From Candidatus Pacearchaeota archaeon (GTDB lineage: Archaea > Nanobdellota > Nanobdellia > Pacearchaeales > GW2011-AR1), in contig JBAZNI010000001.1 in the NCBI GenBank assembly GCA_041649295.1, positions 394,991 through 458,990 on the forward strand: a stretch of DNA of 64,000 nt. The letters are read 5' to 3'. This document shows positions 25,234 through 33,117 of the stretch, piece after piece; within the stretch, counting starts at the first letter, position 1; the number at the start of each line of letters is the position of its first letter. The notes below the pieces were generated by a model. It made no database searches and was not told the DNA's origin. It worked only from the letters and a program-made list of their open reading frames with translations. The position numbers were made by a program, and so were the translations under genes.

Positions 25234-28200
25234 TTATACCTTTCCATTCCTAAAAAAATTGTTATTTTCAAATTTATCAATCTTCTTATGAAGATTTGTT
25301 GTATTATAATACCCTTTTTTATTCCATTCAGCCAGCTTTTTCTTTAAGTCAGCAAGTTCAGCTCTCGATAATTCCCCTCTTCTTATCTTCTTTTTTATTA
25401 TTTTAGCTTCTTTTTTTGCCGTCTTTTTTTCTCTGCGAATTATTCTTCTTTTTGCCTTCTTCATTATTTTAGCTTCTTTTTTTGCTTTCTTAAATTTATT
25501 TTTCCTTGCTCTCTTCATAGACTTTGCCATTTTTCTTTCTTCTCTGTTGCGCTTCCACTTGCTAATTTTCTCTTCCAGCAATGTATCAAGATTATACTTA
25601 AGTGAGGCTGTTGCATAATGCCCTTTCCATTTCTTTAGTTTTGCCTTTAAATCTGCTAAGATTGGAGGAACTCTTTCAGCACGCACCTTTTGCCTTGCAA
25701 TTCTTATTTCTTTCTTTTTTATTTTTCTTTCTCTTCTTATTCTTTTTCTTCTTGCAATAGCGTTTTTAATTCTTATCTTAATCTCAATTCTTGGAAGTTT
25801 CAATCTTAACTTTCTTGCTCTTGGAATAGACACTTTTTGAGTTCTGATTTTTCTTAACCTTCTTAAAACTATTAATATGCTGCTTTTTACCTTCATTAAA
25901 CTCTTCCATAAACTGTTTCTTTCTCTTGCTTCTTTCCTTGTTGTTAATATTAGAGTTACAGTCAGCAACAACACTATAACCCACAAGGTTATCTTTACAT
26001 AAATAAACCAGTCAAAGAACTCCCCTCTTTCAGCACAAAGAGGGCATCCAGAACCTCCGCAATCAACAGCTTCTTCATCATAATTTTTAATTCCATCATA
26101 ACAGTAATCACAATACCCTTCAAATTCTGATGCAATAAACCCAATATTTAGTTTTTTAACATTCATTTCAGAATATTCTTTTATTCTGCTAACTAATTTA
26201 TTTGTGGGAATTTCATAAATTTCAACATAAGACTCAAAACACCATACTGCTCTTCTTATATCAACAGGCACACTTAAACTGCAATTCTCATATTCTATTT
26301 TAATACCCTCGCAGCCAGTAGAATCTTTGCACACTCTTTCTTTTATCCCGGTTTTTACAACTCTTCCATGCACAATTGAAGTAAGATTGTAATCAATATG
26401 GCATCCTTCCCATTCCATACATTCATATTCTGGAATACACAAACATTTTCTTCTTATAGGGGGCTGGTTAATTCTTGTCCCGCATTTATTCAAATCCACG
26501 CAATACCTCACATCTTGATACCCATCTTCTCCACAAGTGTAATATTCGCAAACCCAGTCTTCTTTGCAATCTAATCTCGCAGTATTATTTACTATTATCT
26601 GCCATGCCACATCCTGATTTTGCACTCCTGCAGTTATCTTTGCTTCAACATAAGAGTTTTTTGATAATAATTTTGAATAACTGCTGCTTAAAGAACCAAC
26701 TTGTGAATCTCCTTTCTGGAAAATTGAATCAAGATACCATTTTGTTTCAAGAATATTCAATCCTCCATTTTTTATATCAACACTAAAATCCAGATTTGTA
26801 TTATTAGCAACTACTATAAACAAATTTTCCGGGGTATAATTAATTACTAATCCTAAAATACATTCCTGAACTTCTAAGGGTTTTTCAGTTAAGTATCCAC
26901 AGCTATTCAAATCAATGCAGCTCCTTGTTTGCACCCATCCTCCTGCAGGACTTAATAAACCAGCTGGAATATAAGATTCATTGAAAAAACAATCACCCCA
27001 CCCTGTACATTGCCAGTTTGCAATACATGTACACTCTCTAAATTCTGTTTCAGAACTTCCACAACCATCTGATCTTGTTCTTATCTCCCTTCCATCAATA
27101 CAGGTGCCCCAATTACCCCACTCTCCCCAAACAGGGGTACAATCATCTCCATCATCTCCTCCCCCTGACTCTCCACATGTTTGGGTTTCTACTTCTGTAC
27201 AGCTGCTGGAATCTGTTCTGCTTCTTGTCTGACTACCTCCAGAACAAGTGCTCCAATCACTCCACGAACCAAAATCTCCTTTGCAAATATCCTCATCTCC
27301 ATGAACTGTTGTTGCAAGGTATGTTGTATAGTTATTATCGCTTGCCAGAACTACCCACTTTATTAATGCCCCAAGCGTGTAATTTGTAGTTGCATTGGCT
27401 GAAAAATGCCCCAAAGCAGTTTTTATAATACTGCCGGTATAATATCTTGGACTTTCAGGATATACAGCTCCGGCAGAAGTTGTTGCATTTGCACTCATAT
27501 TTTGGGGGTCGTAATAAAAAGTTCCAGATAAATTCGCTTTTAATAAAGTTATTTCAAGAATTGAAACATCTCCATCATAATATTTTCCAATTGTTCTAAG
27601 ATTTGTCATTGTTCTGCCAATTGTATAAGTTATCAAAGAAAAATTAACAAGAGAATAATTAATATTTATAGTATCTGCTGTTGAAATAGAATAATTAACA
27701 AATATCTCCTTATTGCTGATACTCAATGAGGATTTAGTATAATTCATTATGCAATCACCAGATGAATTTGTAGAAGAATTTCCAATTAAAATCCGGTTAT
27801 TATAAAAATAGCACATCGCCCCTGAAAATCCAGTTGTTGTTCCTGACTGATATACTTTAGCAGTCAAATTTATTGCATCTGGAATTAATCCCTTATCATC
27901 TTCTCCAGAAACAGCATCGTTGCCTCTTATTATTTCTGAATTATTTATAGGATAAGTCAAATTAATATCTAAAATTAAATCCTCTCCTAAAATTCCAAAC
28001 CTTCCTGTAAACGTTGCTGAAACATATTGAGAAACTGCCTTTAATCCTCCGACCAGTCTCTGCGTCAAGGTAGTTGAAGTTGCATTTGTAACTGCAAACG
28101 AATCCTCTTTTGAATCTAGAGTATAACTCGTAGAAACTCCCTGTAAAGAAGAAACGATATTCATTAAAAATATTAGGGAGATAATAATAGCTATTGCAAT

Positions 28201-28239
28201 CCACAAATTCTTTTTAATATTGGTATGAATTTTACTCAT
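25234..28239 (-). CDS. large Cys-rich surface protein: N-terminal anchor, ectodomain with TSP1-like repeats, C-terminal TM and ~235-aa basic cytoplasmic tail
   Basis: N-terminal hydrophobic WIAIAIIISLIFLMNIV and many N-x-S/T sites. GSWSDWSTCSGGSQTRSRT and WGEWGNWGTCIDGREIRTRS occur at residues ~318-405. Further spaced-Cys modules and a membrane-proximal DCGGSGCPLC are present. The TM spans residues ~744-766 and is followed by a K/R-rich tail. Confidence 0.75.
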   Translation of the reverse strand: MSKIHTNIKKNLWIAIAIIISLIFLMNIVSSLQGVSTSYTLDSKEDSFAVTNATSTTLTQRLVGGLKAVSQYVSATFTGRFGILGEDLILDINLTYPINNSEIIRGNDAVSGEDDKGLIPDAINLTAKVYQSGTTTGFSGAMCYFYNNRILIGNSSTNSSGDCIMNYTKSSLSISNKEIFVNYSISTADTININYSLVNFSLITYTIGRTMTNLRTIGKYYDGDVSILEITLLKANLSGTFYYDPQNMSANATTSAGAVYPESPRYYTGSIIKTALGHFSANATTNYTLGALIKWVVLASDNNYTTYLATTVHGDEDICKGDFGSWSDWSTCSGGSQTRSRTDSSSCTEVETQTCGESGGGDDGDDCTPVWGEWGNWGTCIDGREIRTRSDGCGSSETEFRECTCIANWQCTGWGDCFFNESYIPAGLLSPAGGWVQTRSCIDLNSCGYLTEKPLEVQECILGLVINYTPENLFIVVANNTNLDFSVDIKNGGLNILETKWYLDSIFQKGDSQVGSLSSSYSKLLSKNSYVEAKITAGVQNQDVAWQIIVNNTARLDCKEDWVCEYYTCGEDGYQDVRYCVDLNKCGTRINQPPIRRKCLCIPEYECMEWEGCHIDYNLTSIVHGRVVKTGIKERVCKDSTGCEGIKIEYENCSLSVPVDIRRAVWCFESYVEIYEIPTNKLVSRIKEYSEMNVKKLNIGFIASEFEGYCDYCYDGIKNYDEEAVDCGGSGCPLCAERGEFFDWFIYVKITLWVIVLLLTVTLILTTRKEARERNSLWKSLMKVKSSILIVLRRLRKIRTQKVSIPRARKLRLKLPRIEIKIRIKNAIARRKRIRRERKIKKKEIRIARQKVRAERVPPILADLKAKLKKWKGHYATASLKYNLDTLLEEKISKWKRNREERKMAKSMKRARKNKFKKAKKEAKIMKKAKRRIIRREKKTAKKEAKIIKKKIRRGELSRAELADLKKKLAEWNKKGYYNTTNLHKKIDKFENNNFFRNGKV

Positions 28240-28423
28240 TTGATTTTTTTATTATAATTTCCTCTTTTTCAACATCAAGCATAATTTCAACTCCATCACT
28301 GGTTTTAAGATTAAGATTATCGAGCAAAGAACTTGGAATTGCAACTCTGTTTAATTTCTGGATTCTCGAACTGCCAAATTTAATTCTTTTTTTCATTAAA
28401 TTATAAATACTATTTTTATACAT
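28232..28423 (-). CDS. AbrB/SpoVT/MazE-type DNA-binding domain protein (63 aa)
   Basis: RVAIPSSLLDNLNLKTSDGVEIMLD swapped-hairpin-like pattern. Overlaps the start of the 1001-aa gene by 8 nt. Confidence 0.5.
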   Translation of the reverse strand: MYKNSIYNLMKKRIKFGSSRIQKLNRVAIPSSLLDNLNLKTSDGVEIMLDVEKEEIIIKKSNE

Positions 28424-28457
28424 TAATGATACTAAATTTAGTATTTAAACATTTCTA

Positions 28458-29945
28458 TTACAAAGTGTACTCGTTCAAGAAGTCGTCGGCTTGTTCACTG
28501 ACTGTTTTATCTTCAGACAGTTGTTTAGCTAGAATTTTAAGCCATTTAGCTCTGTCTAAGTCAATTAAATTTTTTAATTCGTCAATATCCCCATAATAAT
28601 ATGACTTTTCTATCCAATAATCTCCTATTTCAAATCTAATCACCAACCTATCATTAACAACTTCTGACTTTGTTATTTTAACACTATTATCTCCGGTTTT
28701 TGCCTTTAAAACAGACAATTCTTCATCAGTTAATGCATAATCAGATATATTCTCTGTTAGTATAGTTGCATTTGCAACAGTTTCATTTATAGAAGTCATA
28801 TTTTTTAATGTTTCATTTTCTGTCTGAACTTCTTCACTTTGAACTGGAGATTCAACACTCAAAATCGTTGAAACAGATAAAATCTCGCTGTCTTCATACA
28901 TTAATGCAGTAATCATTTCCCCTTCAACAGCTTTTATATTCAAAGAAGAAATATCAATAACTAATTCATATTCAAAACTATCTCCCAGGTAATCTTCTCC
29001 AAATCCTTTTTCAGTTTCAGAATAATCTGTTGTAATGGTTATTAAATTGCCTTCAGTTATTAATTTGATTTCTTTATCTGATGAGATTATTTCTGCTGTC
29101 TCTCCCTCGCCAAGCTCATAAGTATATGAATTTCCCTTAGAGGTTTTCCCACTAACAATGTTTTCTAATTCTGCAACTACCTGTCCTGTTAAAATAGAAC
29201 CTCCAGATTCTGCTGTCTCACTTGTTTCACTTTCTCCTGCAGTTTCTTCAGTTGTACTAGTTTCTTCGCTCTCACCTGTTGTTTCCTCTGCTGTCTCGCT
29301 TGTTTCACTTTCTTCAGTTGTACTAGTTTCTTCACTCTCGCTTGTTGTTTCCTCTGCTGTATCACTTGTTTCACTTTCTCCTGCAGTTTCTTCAGTTGTA
29401 CTAGTTTCTTCACTCTCACCTGTTGTTTCCTCTGCTGTCTCACTTGTTTCACTTTCCCCAGTTGTACTAGTTTCTTCACTCTCGCTTGTTGTTTCCTCTG
29501 CTGTATCACTTGTTTCACTTTCTCCCTTTTTACCCCCGCTCGATTCTTTTTTAGATATTTTTAATTTAAAATTTACTTCAGGATTAGCCTCTTTTTCCCC
29601 AGCTACTCCATATCCACTTCCACTTCCAGATAGTCCTGCGTCTTCAATATAATAATCTCCCTGCACTGCTTCTTCTGAAACCAAATCTGATAAAATAAAA
29701 TCATATGTGCTATTTGAAACAGAAATAGAGACAATTGAATCTGCAGGGATTAATTCTCCTGCTTTTGATTCTAACCTAAAACTTCCCTGAAGAGATTCAT
29801 TCTCTGCATAATTTGTTTCTACATTAAGAAGAACTTTTCCAGTTATTCCTTTCTGAGAATAAGTTATAAAATAAATAAATAAAACTGCTGTAAGTATTAA
29901 TAATAAAGTGCTTAAGATAATTTTATGTTTTTGTTTTTGTTTCAT
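28458..29945 (-). CDS. secreted/anchored protein with an acidic S/T/E tandem-repeat region (495 aa)
   Basis: N-terminal TM ILSTLLLILTAVLFIYFI. Central repeats ETS[ED]TAEETT[GS]ESEETSTTEE. Confidence 0.7.
   Translation of the reverse strand: MKQKQKHKIILSTLLLILTAVLFIYFITYSQKGITGKVLLNVETNYAENESLQGSFRLESKAGELIPADSIVSISVSNSTYDFILSDLVSEEAVQGDYYIEDAGLSGSGSGYGVAGEKEANPEVNFKLKISKKESSGGKKGESETSDTAEETTSESEETSTTGESETSETAEETTGESEETSTTEETAGESETSDTAEETTSESEETSTTEESETSETAEETTGESEETSTTEETAGESETSETAESGGSILTGQVVAELENIVSGKTSKGNSYTYELGEGETAEIISSDKEIKLITEGNLITITTDYSETEKGFGEDYLGDSFEYELVIDISSLNIKAVEGEMITALMYEDSEILSVSTILSVESPVQSEEVQTENETLKNMTSINETVANATILTENISDYALTDEELSVLKAKTGDNSVKITKSEVVNDRLVIRFEIGDYWIEKSYYYGDIDELKNLIDLDRAKWLKILAKQLSEDKTVSEQADDFLNEYTL
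29200..29530. repeat. in-frame coding tandem repeat (unit ~60-75 nt, several copies)
   Basis: Repeated tgtttcactttc[tc]c..gttgtactagtttcttc[ag]ctctc.c.tgttgtttcctctgctgt[ac]tc blocks. Confidence 0.8.
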
Positions 29946-29953
29946 TTTAATTC

Positions 29954-30658
29954 TTAACTGCTTGTAGTTTCAACTATAGTAGTTGCATCTCCAAAAACCA
30001 TTCCTCCTGTTTTTTCAAGATAAACAGAAATTACATCCCCTGCATTAAATGTTACTATATTTTCAGATTGCAAGTCATAATCAATATTTGCAGAATCTGA
30101 AGAATAGAAAGTATTTGAAAATCCTGTGTCTTCGCCGTTTTTATAAACCTTAATTTCAATTTTCCCGTCTCCAGAAATAATATCCAAACTAGTGGATATT
30201 CCTGTTATGCTTCCCTTAGAAAGCATCACATATCCCTTATTCTCTCCAGAAGTCACCCCTGCACTTGTTTTAAGATACAAAGATTCTTCAGATGTTCCAG
30301 AATATCCAAAATACAATTGCTGGATATTCTTAACTATAGTTTGTTTTTTCTTAAATTCATCTGCTGAATAAGTTATTACAAACAAACTTTTCTCTTCCTG
30401 TTCATCAGTATAATTAACTTGGTAAATCCCAACCTGATTGTTCTCAATCTCTTTTATTTCAACATCATCTGGAAGATTGCTTTGGTCTATTTGATTTATT
30501 GTTTTAACTTTATCTTTTGCTATGCCCCCTTTTTCCATAAACGAACCAATATAATTTTTAACCTCGCTACTTACAGAATTATCACTTAAAACTTCTGCAA
30601 AAGCTCCTGCTGATAAAATCAAAATTAAACAAGCAACAATTACCCCTCTTTTTTTCAT
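29954..30658 (-). CDS. secreted protein (234 aa)
   Basis: Signal peptide MKKRGVIVACLILILSAGAFA, then a beta-rich sequence. Confidence 0.6.
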   Translation of the reverse strand: MKKRGVIVACLILILSAGAFAEVLSDNSVSSEVKNYIGSFMEKGGIAKDKVKTINQIDQSNLPDDVEIKEIENNQVGIYQVNYTDEQEEKSLFVITYSADEFKKKQTIVKNIQQLYFGYSGTSEESLYLKTSAGVTSGENKGYVMLSKGSITGISTSLDIISGDGKIEIKVYKNGEDTGFSNTFYSSDSANIDYDLQSENIVTFNAGDVISVYLEKTGGMVFGDATTIVETTSS

Positions 30659-30659
30659 T

Positions 30660-30905
30660 TTAAATTTGTGTCTGATTTTCAGGCTGATAGTTTATTAAAA
30701 CAATTGTCCTTTCACCATCAGTCAATTGAACATAACCATTTGTTTCTGCCTGATTTATTATTGTTTTAACAACAACTTCCTGGGCAGTTAATTGTTTGTT
30801 TATTATATATCCCTGCAAACTTGGACCTATTAATGTCACATAAACAAGAGCAACTGCAAGAATTATAATAATGCCAATTGCAATCAAAAGTTTTTTATCT
30901 TTCAT
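30660..30905 (-). CDS. small N-terminally anchored protein (81 aa)
   Basis: MKDKKLLIAIGIIIILAVALVYV TM. First gene of the minus-strand cluster. Confidence 0.5.
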   Translation of the reverse strand: MKDKKLLIAIGIIIILAVALVYVTLIGPSLQGYIINKQLTAQEVVVKTIINQAETNGYVQLTDGERTIVLINYQPENQTQI

Positions 30906-31054
30906 TTTCCCTCCATTTATATAAGAATTAGTATTTAAGAGTTTAAAAATTATTCTATATTATTAAGAATAATTTTTGGGTCAATAATCAATATCTTTGG
31001 TAAAGAGGTTAATATGAAGAAAATCTTTATAGCGGGATAAGCTAATCATACCAT

Positions 31055-31130
31055 AGAATCGTTGTCTTGCCAATTAAAGGAAATATTGCCGGGATATTTG
31101 CATTATTAACAATAGCGAGCGAGGCGAGCA
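31055..31130 (+). repeat. conserved intergenic element, copy A
   Basis: gaatcgttgtcttgccaattaaaggaaatattgccgggatatttgcattattaacaatagcgagcgaggcgagc aligns with 47145..47252. Shared parts: gtctt.c, the dyad aaatat-N7-atattt, attatta.caa, and agcgagcg..gcgagc. Confidence 0.6.
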
Positions 31131-31183
31131 GTGTTTTTTAGATATAGAGCAATATTTAAAAATGCATTTTCATATAGCTGATT

Positions 31184-31441
31184 ATGGCAACGTTAAAAAG
31201 TGGTTCTAAATCAATCGAAGTCAAAGATGGTGAAAATATAAGTAAAGCTGCAGAAGAATTAGGAGTTCCTATTCCATGCGGACAGGGAATTTGCGGAGCG
31301 TGTAAAATACAAGTTATTAAAGGAATGGAAAACCTTTCCTCTGTAACAAGCAAAGAAAAAGACATGGGAATAAACCCGCCTTATCGCCTTGCATGCCAGT
31401 GCAAAATTAAAAAAGGCGTCGTAGAGTTTAGGGCTTGTTAG
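31184..31441 (+). CDS. [2Fe-2S] ferredoxin-like protein (85 aa)
   Basis: CGQGICGAC...ACQC follows the Cx4Cx2C...C pattern. Confidence 0.65.
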   Translation: MATLKSGSKSIEVKDGENISKAAEELGVPIPCGQGICGACKIQVIKGMENLSSVTSKEKDMGINPPYRLACQCKIKKGVVEFRAC

Positions 31442-31481
31442 TTTATAACAAATTTTTTAAACTATTAGTTTATTAATTTTC

Positions 31482-31766
31482 ATGCAAACTTTAAAGGAAT
31501 TATGCTGGGGAGAGCAGGATTTAAGTGACGCGTATTACAGTTCTTTCTGGGCATGTCCTTTTAGTTTATGTCCGAATTCAAAACCCGGTAGCATATTGGA
31601 TAATAAAAAAAGAGTGTTGGGAATTGTGTATTTAGGCAAAGAATCATATCAAGAATTTGCTATTCTTTATCAATGTGCTATTTGCGGAAGAAAATATCTC
31701 TCTCATGCTGGCCCAGAGGTTATTAAAGGGCTGCGAGAAAGATTGGGATTAATTAATCTCTTCTAA
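31482..31766 (+). CDS. hypothetical Cys-containing protein (94 aa)
   Basis: ORF. The CAICGRK motif suggests a possible zinc ribbon. Confidence 0.4.
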   Translation: MQTLKELCWGEQDLSDAYYSSFWACPFSLCPNSKPGSILDNKKRVLGIVYLGKESYQEFAILYQCAICGRKYLSHAGPEVIKGLRERLGLINLF

Positions 31767-32489
31767 CTCATTAATAGCATTAAAAGCCTGTTTTATATTT
31801 ACAATTGTTTTTTCTGTGTGTAGTATGTCATCTATTGCAATTCTCGGGCATGCACTATTTACCCATGCTTTGATAAATGGGAAGTTTTCTAATTCGTTGA
31901 AGGTTAAGCTGTCTGTTATAAAAATAAATACTTTCTTTTTTTCTTTTTCAAGTTTTTCTTTTAGTTTTAGTGCAAGTTCTAAATGCTCCTGTCCTGGTTT
32001 TACAGAAACAACAATTCCTATTTTGTCTGCTAAAACGAATTTCCTTAGATTTGATTTTATTTTATTTATTTGTTGCTCTATGTCCTTTTGAGTTAATATT
32101 TTAAACTGCTTTGAAACTGGATTATATAAAATAACCTGCTTTTTTTGCTTATTTTTTATCTGTGAAAGTAAAATAGCCTTTGGATGAAACAGCCCGTCGC
32201 CAATATAAAGAACAATATCTGATTTATTTATTATGTCTGAATTAAAAGAATCATTGAAACAATCACACCCTAAAATCTGAGATTCTTTATCACAGCGAAT
32301 TGCTTTTGTTGTATTAGCTGCTGCTCCAATTTTTCTAAGTTGTTGTTTAACAATCATCAAATCCAAAAACTGAACAGATGCAAATAAAGCAGCGGATTTA
32401 ACGCCTTGTTTTTTTAAATGATTAATTAATCTTCCGGATAATTTTATTTTTTTATTATATCTCGCATCTATATGTATTGTTTTTGTCAT
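31749..32489 (-). CDS. dph2: diphthamide synthase Dph2, C-terminal piece (246 aa from the ATG at 32489)
   Basis: MTKTIHIDARY...VQFL...ILGCD...YIGDGLFHP...ACPRIAIDD continues the Dph2 homology. The ATG lies 1 nt after the upstream TAG (tggTAGaATGaca). Confidence 0.7.
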   Translation of the reverse strand: MTKTIHIDARYNKKIKLSGRLINHLKKQGVKSAALFASVQFLDLMIVKQQLRKIGAAANTTKAIRCDKESQILGCDCFNDSFNSDIINKSDIVLYIGDGLFHPKAILLSQIKNKQKKQVILYNPVSKQFKILTQKDIEQQINKIKSNLRKFVLADKIGIVVSVKPGQEHLELALKLKEKLEKEKKKVFIFITDSLTFNELENFPFIKAWVNSACPRIAIDDILHTEKTIVNIKQAFNAINELEEIN

Positions 32490-32490
32490 T

Positions 32491-32757
32491 CTACCATTCC
32501 TTGCTCTTAACAAATTTATTGTGCCCGAACTGAATAATTAAATCAATTCCGAGATTATTAACCTCAAGGGGAAAATCACATCCGCCATAACATTCTCCAA
32601 GAAATATAAAAATATCTGCATTGGTTTTTTTATTAAGAAAATTTACAGCTTCTTCTGCCTTAGGTTTCAACCCGTCAGGAAACTGCAAAAGCACTTTTCC
32701 AGCCTGGAATTTTTTAATCTCTTCTGCAATTTTATTTAACTCCAAATTATAATTCAT
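32491..32757 (-). CDS. dph2: diphthamide synthase Dph2, N-terminal piece (88 aa)
   Basis: NYNLELNKIAEEIKKFQAGKVLLQFPDGLK...GECYGGCD...IIQFGHN matches the Dph2 N-terminal domain as recalled for Pyrococcus Dph2. Ends at the TAG at 32493..32491. Confidence 0.7.
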   Translation of the reverse strand: MNYNLELNKIAEEIKKFQAGKVLLQFPDGLKPKAEEAVNFLNKKTNADIFIFLGECYGGCDFPLEVNNLGIDLIIQFGHNKFVKSKEW

Positions 32758-32791
32758 ATTTTATTAAAATAAGCTGTTTATTAAAATGTTT

Positions 32792-33097
32792 CTAGTTACA
32801 TTCTGCTATCAAAGAAAAAGCAACATCTTTGGCATTTAAAAGCGCCATATTAATTCTTTCTCTTGCTTCCCGATACATTGCCCCATGAAATTCAGGGATT
32901 ATTCCGCATTTATCTAATAAATCCATTCTGCATCTATCTGCCTTGTTTTTATCCAAAACTAACTCGTACAATACGCATGCATTAAATAAGTCAAGAGTTG
33001 CTAATTCCATTTCTTCCTGGATTATTGCATCCTGAGCATCTATATAACAACTATCAGCAAATTCTCTTAATTGCATCTCATTTAATCCTAGATTCAT
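32792..33097 (-). CDS. hypothetical protein (101 aa)
   Basis: ORF only. Confidence 0.45.
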   Translation of the reverse strand: MNLGLNEMQLREFADSCYIDAQDAIIQEEMELATLDLFNACVLYELVLDKNKADRCRMDLLDKCGIIPEFHGAMYREARERINMALLNAKDVAFSLIAECN

Positions 33098-33117
33098 GTT
33101 AATTCAGCCCAACCACC

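Noticed and set aside
29158-29652. Two alternative-frame ORFs (29158..29652 on plus, 29189..29518 on minus) and a possible CRISPR-like periodicity in the 29.2-29.5 kb repeat.
   Set aside because: The repeats are contiguous with no unique spacers and sit in frame within the 495-aa surface-protein gene. The extra ORFs are an artefact of stop-free repeats.
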